NCBI GenBank assembly: GCA_016219875.1
Contig: JACRJZ010000169.1
Location: 369 to 64,368, forward strand
Source of the DNA: Verrucomicrobiota bacterium
Lineage (GTDB): Bacteria; Verrucomicrobiota; Verrucomicrobiia; Limisphaerales; JACRJZ01
DNA length: 64,000 nucleotides
Direction of reading: 5' to 3'
The translations under genes were made by a program, and so were the position numbers. This document shows positions 46,589-55,134 of this stretch, piece after piece. Position 1 is the stretch's first letter; each line of letters opens with the position of its first letter. Below the pieces are notes generated by a model that saw only the letters and a program-made list of their open reading frames with translations, had not been told where the DNA came from and did no database searches.

Positions 46589-47527
46589 ATGAACGAGTGG
46601 GAACTCATCGCGCGCCTGACGCCCGGCCTGGCCACGAACGCTTCCGTGGTCGTGGCCGCGGGCGACGACTGCGCGGTGCTGGACCTCGGCCTGCCGGGCC
46701 AGTTCGCGCTCTTCAAGACCGATGCCGTGGTCGAAGGCATCCACTTCGCGAGCGACGCGCCGCCGGAAAAAGTCGGCCACAAGGCGCTCGCCCGCGGCCT
46801 GAGCGACATTGCGGCGATGGGCGGCCAGCCCAACTCCGCTCTCGTCACACTGGCGTTGCCGCGCCCGTTCGACCCCGCGCGTGTGGAGCGACTCTATGCG
46901 GGCCTCAACGCCACGGCCCAGCGCTTCAACGTCGCGCTCGTCGGCGGCGAAACCACGACCAATCCCGAGCGGATGCTCCTCAGCGTTGCGCTGCTCGGCA
47001 CGGTGGAGAAGGAGCGGTGCGTCTTGCGCTCCGGCGCGCAGGCCGGCGACGCGCTCTTCGTCACCGGCGAACTGGGCGGCTCGTTGTCGGGGCGGCATCT
47101 GGAGTTCGAGCCGCGCATCGCCGAGGCCCGCTGGCTGACCGCGCACTTTGCCATTCACGCGATGATCGACCTGAGCGACGGCCTGGCGGGCGACCTGCGT
47201 CACTTGATCCACGCCAGCAAGGTCGGCGCCGAGTTGCTTGCCTCGGCCATTCCCGTCAGCCGCGCGGCGAAACTTCAGGCGCGGGCGGAGTCGTCGGCCA
47301 AGACGCCGTTGCTCGCCGCGTTGACGGATGGCGAAGACTTCGAACTTCTATTCACGGTGCCGCCCAGCGTGGCCGTGCCGCTCCACGATGCGTGGAAGAA
47401 GCAATTTCCCCAAATCCGGTTGAACTGCATCGGCAAGATCACCGCCGAACCCGGCCTCCACCTTCGCGACAAACAAGGCGTCAAACCGCTGACCGCGCAT
47501 GGCTACACTCACTTCGCGAAGTCCTGA
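46589..47527 (+). CDS. thiL: thiamine-monophosphate kinase
   Basis: AGDDCAVL, AIRS/PurM-like fold motifs (KALARGLSDIAAMGG, LVGGETT, DLSDGLAGDL). Confidence 0.85.
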   Translation: MNEWELIARLTPGLATNASVVVAAGDDCAVLDLGLPGQFALFKTDAVVEGIHFASDAPPEKVGHKALARGLSDIAAMGGQPNSALVTLALPRPFDPARVERLYAGLNATAQRFNVALVGGETTTNPERMLLSVALLGTVEKERCVLRSGAQAGDALFVTGELGGSLSGRHLEFEPRIAEARWLTAHFAIHAMIDLSDGLAGDLRHLIHASKVGAELLASAIPVSRAAKLQARAESSAKTPLLAALTDGEDFELLFTVPPSVAVPLHDAWKKQFPQIRLNCIGKITAEPGLHLRDKQGVKPLTAHGYTHFAKS

Positions 47528-47960
47528 AGAAACCCTTGCGCTCGGCGAAGCCTGGGGCCGCGCGGCGACGCGCGGGCTGGTCATCGGCCTGAGCGGCGAA
47601 CTGGGCGCGGGCAAGACGCAACTCGTGAAGGGCGTGGCGCGCGGTCTGGGCATCACGGCGCGCGTCACCTCGCCCAGCTTCGCGCTGGTGAACGTGTATC
47701 GCGAGGGCCGCCTGCCGCTGTTTCATCTCGACCTCTACCGGCTCGACACGCCGGAGCAGATCATCGCCGCGGGATTGGAGGAGTATTTGTTCAACCCGGA
47801 TGGCGTGGCGGTGGTGGAGTGGATCGAGCGGTGGACGGGGGGGCAGGTTCAAAGTTCAAGGTTCAAAGTTCAAAGTGGCGGCGGGCGATTCCGGCGGGTC
47901 GTGATCGAGGCGGTCAGCGAAACGGAGCGGCGCATCAGCTATGAAGATTCTGGGACTTGA
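47499..47960 (+). CDS. tsaE: tRNA t6A37 biosynthesis ATPase TsaE
   Basis: GLSGELGAGKTQLVKG Walker A, SPSFALVNVY, HLDLYRL. The C-terminal region contains a simple-sequence insert (VQSSRFKVQSGGG). Confidence 0.85.
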   Translation: MATLTSRSPEETLALGEAWGRAATRGLVIGLSGELGAGKTQLVKGVARGLGITARVTSPSFALVNVYREGRLPLFHLDLYRLDTPEQIIAAGLEEYLFNPDGVAVVEWIERWTGGQVQSSRFKVQSGGGRFRRVVIEAVSETERRISYEDSGT

Positions 47961-48603
47961 GTTCTCATCGGAACAGCGCAGCGTGGCCGTGGTGGCGGCC
48001 TCACCGGCCGGCGGAAGCCCGACGGTGCGGGCGAGCGTCACCGACACGGGCGCGCGATCCGTCAAGGCAGTGGCGTTGATCGAATCCGCGTTGCGCGAGG
48101 CGCGCGTGACGAAAGAGGAGATCGAGTGCCTCGCCGTGGGTCTCGGCCCCGGCAGCTACACGGGCATTCGCATCGCCATCGCGCTGGCCCAAGGCTGGCA
48201 ACTGGCGCGCGGTGTGAAGCTGCTCGGCCTGAGCAGCGCGGACTCAGCGGCGGCGGCGGCTCGCGAGGCCGGACTGCGCGGGCGCGCGCACTTGGCCATC
48301 GACGCCCAGCGCGGAGAGGTGTATGTGGCCGTTTACCAGATCAGCGACACGGGCTGGACGGAACTGTCGCCGCTCTGCCTGGCGACGATGGCGGAGTTGC
48401 AGGCGCTGGCCGAGTCGGGCGACGTGGTGATCGGCCCGGAGGTGAACCGCTGGTGCGCCGCGGGTCGGGTGGTGTTTCCGAGCGCGCAACACCTTGCGCT
48501 CATGGCGGCGGGACGCGCCGACTTCGTGCCGGGAGAGAAGCTGGAACCCATCTACCTGCGGCCGGTGAGTTTTGTGAAAGCGCCGCCGCCGCGGGTGGTT
48601 TGA
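47941..48603 (+). CDS. tsaB: tRNA t6A37 biosynthesis protein TsaB (YeaZ)
   Basis: MKILGLEFSSEQRSVAV, VGLGPGSYTGIRIAIALAQG. Confidence 0.85.
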   Translation: MKILGLEFSSEQRSVAVVAASPAGGSPTVRASVTDTGARSVKAVALIESALREARVTKEEIECLAVGLGPGSYTGIRIAIALAQGWQLARGVKLLGLSSADSAAAAAREAGLRGRAHLAIDAQRGEVYVAVYQISDTGWTELSPLCLATMAELQALAESGDVVIGPEVNRWCAAGRVVFPSAQHLALMAAGRADFVPGEKLEPIYLRPVSFVKAPPPRVV

Positions 48604-48604
48604 C

Positions 48605-49381
48605 CTACGCTTCAGACCTGCCTGCGCAAGGCTCGCGTTGGCCGGCACAGAGTTGGCCAAATTGGCTGCAGAGGAGATAACTGATCGCCAGGAACAGGAA
48701 ACACACCACCGAGAAGCCCCAGGTGCGCGGATGGTTCCACGGGGCGAGGAAGGGCGCTGCGATGTCGCCCAGCAGCGCGAACGGCGAGAGCAGCACGTCC
48801 CAACTGTTCCACCGCTCGAAGCGGCCCAGATAGATGCCAAAGCCAGCCAAAGCCAGCGCACCCAGCGCGAACAGCCAGCCAGTGCGCCAGCCCCACGCCC
48901 GCTCCACCAGCTTGTGCATCACGGCGAGCGAGGCAAAGCCGATCATCAGCCCGATCATGGCGAAGAGCAGATGCAGCAGCAGATCGAACCACGGCGGGGC
49001 CGTGGCGGAGGCGTGCAGTTTGGCCAGATGCACCAAGTCGGTGAAGATGTAGGGCGCGTTCGGGAAGAAGAGCAGCCATGCGGCGCCGGCGGCGAAAACA
49101 CGCTTGCGACGCGGCACGCGCGTCCCGGCTTCCCTCCAGACGGCCAGCGCAAACAGCAGCGGCAGCCAGGCGAGAAACAAGTTCCAAATCAGGTAGAGCA
49201 CCTGGAAGCGATGCGTGACGGCGATGCGCGCGGCCACGAGCGCACCCGCCAGCGCGGAGGCAAAAGCAAACACGGTTAACGACGAGGTCAAAGGGCGGAA
49301 ACCGCGGCGGGCGAACGGTTCGTGCAAGCTCTCCCGCATTCGTGACAGAACGGCAGGTTTCATGGGAATGGTTGTTCGCAT
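48605..49381 (-). CDS. DUF1361-family integral membrane protein
   Basis: YLIWNLFLAWLPLLFA and FFPNAPYIFTDLVHL are characteristic DUF1361 motifs. Confidence 0.7.
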   Translation of the reverse strand: MRTTIPMKPAVLSRMRESLHEPFARRGFRPLTSSLTVFAFASALAGALVAARIAVTHRFQVLYLIWNLFLAWLPLLFALAVWREAGTRVPRRKRVFAAGAAWLLFFPNAPYIFTDLVHLAKLHASATAPPWFDLLLHLLFAMIGLMIGFASLAVMHKLVERAWGWRTGWLFALGALALAGFGIYLGRFERWNSWDVLLSPFALLGDIAAPFLAPWNHPRTWGFSVVCFLFLAISYLLCSQFGQLCAGQREPCAGRSEA

Positions 49382-50113
49382 CTAAGGAAGCAGCAGTTGG
49401 CAAAGCGCGTGGAAAACTGTCTCGTAGAAACTGCCACGAAGATATTCAGGGCCGAGGAATTCGACCGGCCGCGATGGATCCCACAGAAACGGCCGCAGCA
49501 CCCAGCAAATCTGGCTGCCGAGCAGAAGATTCACCGCCAACCACACGAGCAGAACACGGCGTGCGGTGGCCACGCTGCCGCTCCATTCGCGTAACAGCGG
49601 CACAAGGCAGCGATTGCCGGTCATGCCGGCGAAGGCGATGAACGTGACGAGCGAGAGTTGCAGGAAGCCGTACTCGGGCGACGTGAGCCGCGTCATCGCC
49701 GTCAGCGGCGGGGTGTTCCAGACGATGAACAGCGCCACCGGGCTGAGCGCGCCCAGGATGACGGACGCGATGGCGAAACTCATCAGCACGACCATGAGCG
49801 ATTGCCGGAAGCTGAGGTTGAGTCCGAGCAGCGGGGCCAGCATCCCGTTGAGCAGGCCGTTGCCCAGCGTGGTGAGCAGGATGACGAGCGGGAGCTTGAG
49901 GCCGGTATAGAGGGCCTGGAGCGGGTCGCGCCACCAACCCATCGCGGCGCCATACAACCCGGCGCCGAACACGATCGCCACGCCGCAGGACAGAGCGATA
50001 GCAGCCGGCCGGGCACGCAAACGTTCGCCGAGCAGCGCGGGGTCCGCGCACAGAAAGAGGTCGAGCGGGCGGAGCTCCCAAGGCGACGGGAACGGATGAT
50101 TGTCAGCGGTCAT
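49382..50113 (-). CDS. hypothetical polytopic membrane protein
   Basis: Start chosen at ATG 50113 (MTADNHPF). Five to six hydrophobic helices. No family recognised. Confidence 0.55.
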   Translation of the reverse strand: MTADNHPFPSPWELRPLDLFLCADPALLGERLRARPAAIALSCGVAIVFGAGLYGAAMGWWRDPLQALYTGLKLPLVILLTTLGNGLLNGMLAPLLGLNLSFRQSLMVVLMSFAIASVILGALSPVALFIVWNTPPLTAMTRLTSPEYGFLQLSLVTFIAFAGMTGNRCLVPLLREWSGSVATARRVLLVWLAVNLLLGSQICWVLRPFLWDPSRPVEFLGPEYLRGSFYETVFHALCQLLLP

Positions 50114-50206
50114 GCTCGGAATGACTCGCTGGACCCGAACGCAGAGATTGGGCCCATCGTTGAGCGAAGCGGCGACCGCGCGCTGGAGCTTTCCAAGTCT
50201 CAATCA

Positions 50207-50689
50207 TCACAACGGTGTCACCGGGTAGATAGCCTTCATCACGCAGGCGGCCATCCAGCAGCCGAGCGTGAGGAGCGGGGCGCCCCAACAAAGCAGGCTT
50301 AGCCAGATCGCCCGCTTCGCCGAAATCGCGAACCCGAAGAGCTGGAGAAGTCCGTACAGCGGCGTCAGGGCCGCAAAACCCAGACCGACAAACCCGCAGA
50401 CGACCCCGGCGGTGAGACGTGCTCGCTTGACGGACGGCGACAGGCGCGCCTCTAGCAGTTCCTTGGGTGGATACTTGGCGCAATGGAGGCTCCCATTCGG
50501 CCCGCCGACGTATCCGTGGCGGCATTCCAGGCACGCGCAGTCGTGCGGAACGTGGTAAGGAGGGGCTTTGGCGTTGAAGATGCCCGGAGAATCTGTGAGC
50601 AGGAATCCAATCCAAAGGAACAACGCGCCGGTCCCCACGTACAACAGCCCGATTCCCCGGCGCATGATCGTTTGTTGGCGCTGCTTCAT
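50207..50689 (-). CDS. hypothetical membrane protein with Cys-rich loop
   Basis: Three to four TM segments. The loop HDCACLECRHGYVGGPNGSLHC suggests a metal or disulfide site. ATGA overlap with the upstream creD stop. Confidence 0.5.
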   Translation of the reverse strand: MKQRQQTIMRRGIGLLYVGTGALFLWIGFLLTDSPGIFNAKAPPYHVPHDCACLECRHGYVGGPNGSLHCAKYPPKELLEARLSPSVKRARLTAGVVCGFVGLGFAALTPLYGLLQLFGFAISAKRAIWLSLLCWGAPLLTLGCWMAACVMKAIYPVTPL

Positions 50690-52101
50690 TGGGCGGGGCG
50701 TGGTGGAAGTTCGGCCCGATCGCGCGCATACCAGTCAATGTTCCGCGTGATCCAGATGACGACGGCGAGCACGGCGAACAATCCGCCGGTGCCGAGCAGC
50801 AACGCGTAATCCTGCAACTGGAGCGCGATGTAGAGGAAGCCATAGATGCCCGCCAGCAGACCCGCGACGATGAACGTTCTGGCCCCGCTCTTCAGCATCT
50901 TCGCGCTGTGGAAGCAGATCAGCAGCGTCGTGGCACCCGCTGACGCGAGGTAGGCGAAGCCGAACGGGATAAACTCCGACAGCGACAGCAACCCGAGATA
51001 AAACAGGCAGAGCGCCGCGCCCACGATGGCGTATTGGAACGGATGAATCTTGAGCGCCGCCAGCATCTCGAACAGGAAGAACGCCGCGAAGATGAGCACG
51101 ATGAACAACACGCCGTACTTGATCGCCCGTTCCGTGTTGCGATAGGCGTCAATGCCGGAGAGGAAGTTCACGCCGAAGAGCGAGGCTTCGACGCCGCCCG
51201 GCGTCAGGCACGGTTCGGGCGTCTGGCTGGTCCACTGCTGCGGAAAGTTGCGTCCGTAGTAGGAGACTTGCCACGTGGCCTCGAAACCTTCGCGGCTGAC
51301 CTTGCGCTCCGCCGGCAGGAACGTGCCGAAGAAGCTCGGGTCCGGCCACGGCGACGTGAGCTTCACGGTGGTCTGTGAACCCAACGGCGCGAAGCTCAAC
51401 CCGCCGCTGCCGTTGAGCGAGAGATCGAGCCGGAACGGGATCACCGCGTCGCTCCCACGCACATCGCCGACGTGGGCAAACACGCCGGATTGGAAGCCTC
51501 CCAATTTGCTTCCCGGCAACAAAGGGTGCGTCTTCTCGCCCCACTTAACGTTCAATGTTTCCTTCACCCCGCGCAGGTCTGGGATGGCGAAGGCGACGAG
51601 CGCGTCTTCCCACAACACGTTCTGTTCTTCGATCCGCAACCGTTTGAAATCAGGCCGCGCAAATTGCCCGGTGAACTCGAGCGTCCCGCTGTAAACCACC
51701 GCTTGGTAGATCCCGCGCCGCAACGGCGCGGGCTTGATGTCGCCCGTGATCGCGAGGCTGGCCGGCAGGAAGTAGGCGTTGGCCGTGACCTGGTCCACGA
51801 CCTCGACCTTCTCAATCTTGCCGCCCGCGGCCGGTTGCTCCTTCCACGATTTGACCGTGTAGCGATAGGGCACGATGAGGACCGGGCCAACCAGCTTTTG
51901 GTCGCGGCCCCAACTCGACGTGATGTTCGCCACCGCCTCGTTGCGACGGCCCAGCCGTTCGTGCAACACGGAGCACACCATACGGAGCGGAATCAGCAAC
52001 AGCAGGACGAGCACCGCCACGCCCGCCATCTTGAAAAGGGTCGCGCAGCGTTTCAGGAAGCCCAGCGCTTCGGGGATTCCGGGAGTTTTCCATTCGTTCA
52101 T
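50686..52101 (-). CDS. creD: cell envelope integrity protein CreD
   Basis: N-terminal TM, then ERLGRRNEAVANITSSWGRDQKLVGPVLIVPY (CreD signature region). C-terminal block of 5 TM helices. Confidence 0.8.
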   Translation of the reverse strand: MNEWKTPGIPEALGFLKRCATLFKMAGVAVLVLLLLIPLRMVCSVLHERLGRRNEAVANITSSWGRDQKLVGPVLIVPYRYTVKSWKEQPAAGGKIEKVEVVDQVTANAYFLPASLAITGDIKPAPLRRGIYQAVVYSGTLEFTGQFARPDFKRLRIEEQNVLWEDALVAFAIPDLRGVKETLNVKWGEKTHPLLPGSKLGGFQSGVFAHVGDVRGSDAVIPFRLDLSLNGSGGLSFAPLGSQTTVKLTSPWPDPSFFGTFLPAERKVSREGFEATWQVSYYGRNFPQQWTSQTPEPCLTPGGVEASLFGVNFLSGIDAYRNTERAIKYGVLFIVLIFAAFFLFEMLAALKIHPFQYAIVGAALCLFYLGLLSLSEFIPFGFAYLASAGATTLLICFHSAKMLKSGARTFIVAGLLAGIYGFLYIALQLQDYALLLGTGGLFAVLAVVIWITRNIDWYARDRAELPPRPAQ

Positions 52102-52137
52102 AACTTGGGGTGGAGTCGAGTGTGGTGATTCAGGTGT

Positions 52138-52887
52138 TCACGGAGAAGGCAGTTCGCAGATGGGAGCAGGCGGTTGTCGTTGGCCCCAGATTCGCCGGCT
52201 GGTCGCCAGAATGGGCACGGCCATGAGCGCCAGCGCCAAGAGGAAAAGCGTCCAGTTGAAATGGGTCGGCAGCAGGTTCTCCAGGGCCTGCCTGCCCTGG
52301 CCGACCACACGCAGCGCGTCCGCCATGAAAACGTACAAGGCCAGAACCATGCCGGACAAACCCGCCAGCCAGACTCTCCAATTGGACCCGGCACCGGAGG
52401 GCGGAGGTTCAAACTGGCTCAACAAGGTTCCATACACGACCATCAAGAACGCAATGCACATCGGTGCCAGCACCGGCCCCCACCACGGCAGCGGAATCAG
52501 GAAGAGCACGTCCCAATCAAGCAGCGAGCGAGGCCAGCCGGTGAGCGGCTTGAGGAAGACGTAGTAGAAGATGTCCCATACGCCGAACGCGATCAGGAAG
52601 AACCCGAAGCGGGCGCGGAAGTTCCGTCCCGCCAGCCAGCCGACGGTGGCCAGCATGACCATGGTGGCGGCTTCGCGGATGATTTCCGTGAGACCGAAAT
52701 CGATGGCGGAGGGAAGCGCCGGGGCTTGATGCGGGTCGATGCGGTTGCCGAGCGTGCGCAGGTAGAGCACGGTCGCGGACTCCAGGTAGGCCATCGCGAT
52801 GGCGAAGACCACGACGACGCCCCAGCGGGCGCGTGAGCCTGGCCCAGGTCCGTCTTCAGTGGGCGTGAACGGCGAGGGCATGTTCAT
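52138..52887 (-). CDS. hypothetical polytopic membrane protein
   Basis: Start at ATG 52887 or 52881. About 7 TM helices. Overlaps the ispH 3' end by ~30 nt. Confidence 0.5.
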   Translation of the reverse strand: MNMPSPFTPTEDGPGPGSRARWGVVVVFAIAMAYLESATVLYLRTLGNRIDPHQAPALPSAIDFGLTEIIREAATMVMLATVGWLAGRNFRARFGFFLIAFGVWDIFYYVFLKPLTGWPRSLLDWDVLFLIPLPWWGPVLAPMCIAFLMVVYGTLLSQFEPPPSGAGSNWRVWLAGLSGMVLALYVFMADALRVVGQGRQALENLLPTHFNWTLFLLALALMAVPILATSRRIWGQRQPPAPICELPSP

Positions 52888-53761
52888 GTTCCTCCTGAGT
52901 CCGGAAGGTTTCAGCGGGTGTGGCGTTGGGCCGGACGGCAAACTCTCTCAGTCGCATTTCGACGCGGTCGATGACTTCGTCCGGCGTGGAGGTTCCTGCC
53001 GTGATGCCCACGGTTTCAGCGGCGGCGAACCATTCCGGCCGCAGATCGCCCGCCGTCTGGACGTGGTGGACGCGGGAGCAGTACTTGGCGCAAGCGGCCA
53101 CCAATTCGCGGGTGTTGTTGCTGTTCGCGCCGCCGATGACCACCACCACCTCGGAGCGCAGCGACAACTCGAGGGCGGCCGTCTGGCGCTGCTTCGTGGG
53201 CCGGCAGACCGTGTCCACCACGCGCACCTCGGAGCGCGGAAACCGCTTGCTGATCAGGGCGGCCAGTTTCCGCACGTGGTCGATCGGCTGGGTGGTTTGC
53301 GCGGCGACGCCGAAGCGCGGACGCTCCGCCAGCCGCGCCACGTCCTCTTCCGTGAGCACGACATCAAACTCCGCCAAGTCTTCCGTGATGCCGCGCACTT
53401 CCACGTGATCGCGCTTGCCGACGATGACGGGGTGAAAGCCATCCTGGACCAGCTTGCTGACCGCACGATGGGCGAAGTGGACCAGCGGGCAGGTCGCCTC
53501 CAGCACTTTCAGGCCGCGTTCGCGAACGCGCGCGATGGCCCGCTGCGAGGCCCCGTGAGCCGTGATCATCACCGATGGCGTGGCTACGGCGTCGATCTGC
53601 TGGGCAATGCGGACGCCGTGGGAGCGGAGGTCGTCGAGGACCGTTTCGTTGTGGACCAAGTCACCGAGCACGGTGACTGGGCCGGGGTGGTCGAGGGCGA
53701 GCGCGATGGCGTCGCGGACGCCGAAGCACATGCCGAGGTGCGAAGCGCGGAGGATGTTCAT
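52856..53761 (-). CDS. ispH: 4-hydroxy-3-methylbut-2-enyl diphosphate reductase
   Basis: Start moved to ATG 53761 (MNILRASHLGMCFGVRDAI, first cluster Cys). TCPLV (second Cys), VIGGANSNNT, and a third Cys at DTVCRPT. Confidence 0.9.
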   Translation of the reverse strand: MNILRASHLGMCFGVRDAIALALDHPGPVTVLGDLVHNETVLDDLRSHGVRIAQQIDAVATPSVMITAHGASQRAIARVRERGLKVLEATCPLVHFAHRAVSKLVQDGFHPVIVGKRDHVEVRGITEDLAEFDVVLTEEDVARLAERPRFGVAAQTTQPIDHVRKLAALISKRFPRSEVRVVDTVCRPTKQRQTAALELSLRSEVVVVIGGANSNNTRELVAACAKYCSRVHHVQTAGDLRPEWFAAAETVGITAGTSTPDEVIDRVEMRLREFAVRPNATPAETFRTQEEHEHALAVHAH

Positions 53762-53869
53762 GGGGAGAGAGTCCGGTTCAATGACACGGTATGAAGGTTC
53801 ACTGGACATTCACTTTGCATTACAAAGTAATCGACCCAAAGCGTGGCACGGTGTTCAAACATTTTCGGG

Positions 53870-54178
53870 TCACTTCGTTTTGGCCTGCGCGACGATCTGC
53901 TCCAACAGGTCGATGTAGGCGGAGAAGGCTTTCCGTCCGGGCGGCGTCAGGGCGTAGCTCGTGAGTTGGCGGCCCTCCTGAAAGGCCTTCGTCACCGCCA
54001 CGTAGCCGGCTTCGTGCAGCGTGCGCAGATGGGCGGTGACGTTGCCGTCGGTCATCTCCAGCGTGTCCCGGATTTCGGTGAAGGCGAGTTGGGGCGACGC
54101 GGCCAGCAGGGACATGATGGCCAGCCGCCCTTTCTCGTGGATGACACGATCGAGTTGGAGGAACGGTTCCGCGTTCAC
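53870..54178 (-). CDS. winged-helix transcriptional regulator (HTH_34/ArsR-like)
   Basis: A GTG start at 54178 overlaps the upstream stop (GTGA). LDRVIHEKGRLAIMSLLAASPQLAFTEIRDTLEMTDGNVTAHLRTLHEAGYV. Confidence 0.7.
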   Translation of the reverse strand: MNAEPFLQLDRVIHEKGRLAIMSLLAASPQLAFTEIRDTLEMTDGNVTAHLRTLHEAGYVAVTKAFQEGRQLTSYALTPPGRKAFSAYIDLLEQIVAQAKTK

Positions 54179-54828
54179 GCCGTTTTCTTTTTCTCGGTGA
54201 AGTAGAGATAGCCGCCGTAGGCCAGGTGCAGAGCGCCGAAAAAGAAACCCATCAGCGCGTGGGCCAGGCGGCAGCTCGGCGTTTGCTGGAACGTCGTCCA
54301 GAAGAGGACTGCGCCGCCCGCGATAAACAGCCAGCCAAACAGCTTCATCCCGCGCGGCATGAAGAAACCCGCCGCGTGAATGGAGCAACCGTAGAGGACG
54401 ATCCACGCCGCGGGCAGCCAGACGAACGCGGCGACGTTTTGGGCGTGGATGGACATGCTTGCTTCGAGGCGAGCGGACCTGCCGCCAAGAGAGAAGGCGA
54501 GCGTGAGCAACAGCCCGGCAGTGAGCGCCGGCAGCAGCGCCTGCATCACGCGCCGTGTAGGCGGAGACCAGAACGGCTCTTTCTCTTTGAGCGCCTGGCG
54601 TCGCGCCATGACAAACGCAGCGGCGATGGCGAGAGCGGCAATCACCATCCAGTATTCGGCGAACGAGCGGGGCAATTCGATTCCTGCCTTCCAGCCGGCC
54701 ACTGCCGCAATCACGCCAATGGCGCCCGTCATCAACATGATGGGCGCCAGGGCGCGGCGGTAGAGGGCGGAGCGTTCCATGAGGGTGCGGATGACCTGGA
54801 GGTGTTCGGCGGCCCAATTGGTTTGCAT
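54175..54828 (-). CDS. hypothetical 6-TM membrane protein co-translated with the wHTH regulator
   Basis: Start moved to ATG 54828 (MQTNWAAEHLQVIRTLMERS). Multiple hydrophobic helices. Confidence 0.55.
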   Translation of the reverse strand: MQTNWAAEHLQVIRTLMERSALYRRALAPIMLMTGAIGVIAAVAGWKAGIELPRSFAEYWMVIAALAIAAAFVMARRQALKEKEPFWSPPTRRVMQALLPALTAGLLLTLAFSLGGRSARLEASMSIHAQNVAAFVWLPAAWIVLYGCSIHAAGFFMPRGMKLFGWLFIAGGAVLFWTTFQQTPSCRLAHALMGFFFGALHLAYGGYLYFTEKKKTA

Positions 54829-54881
54829 GGCGGACACTTTGCATGGCAAAGCATCCGTGTCAAGAACGGTTTTTGTCGCCG

Positions 54882-54998
54882 CACCCGCTCCGCAGGTAGT
54901 CGTCCACGACTCGCGGCACTTCGGCCGAGCGCAGCCACAGAGGGCCACTCGATCTCCGCGGCGTTCTCGACCGACGGATGAACAGCCATCATGCCAGC
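54882..54998 (-). pseudogene. decayed partial duplicate of the 3' part of the adjacent aminotransferase-GNAT gene, with internal ~88-bp deletion
   Basis: 54882-54949 aligns to 55198-55268 and 54950-54998 aligns to 55357-55402 at roughly 85-90% identity by eye. The junction falls at a shared CTCG microhomology. Confidence 0.65.
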
Positions 54999-55134
54999 GA
55001 ACAGGGCGGAGGATTTCATAATCGTGGCGCAGGTTTGGAGATGGGATGCCTTGCCCAGGAGGCGTAGCTGGGAGCAGCCAGGTTCGCACCAGCTTGGTGC
55101 CAGCGTTGCCAGACTGGATTAAACCATGCGCCGG

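Noticed and set aside
8982-53761. ispD and ispH in the same window as a MEP-pathway cluster.
   Set aside because: They are 43 kb apart on opposite strands with unrelated genes between them. This is not a cluster.
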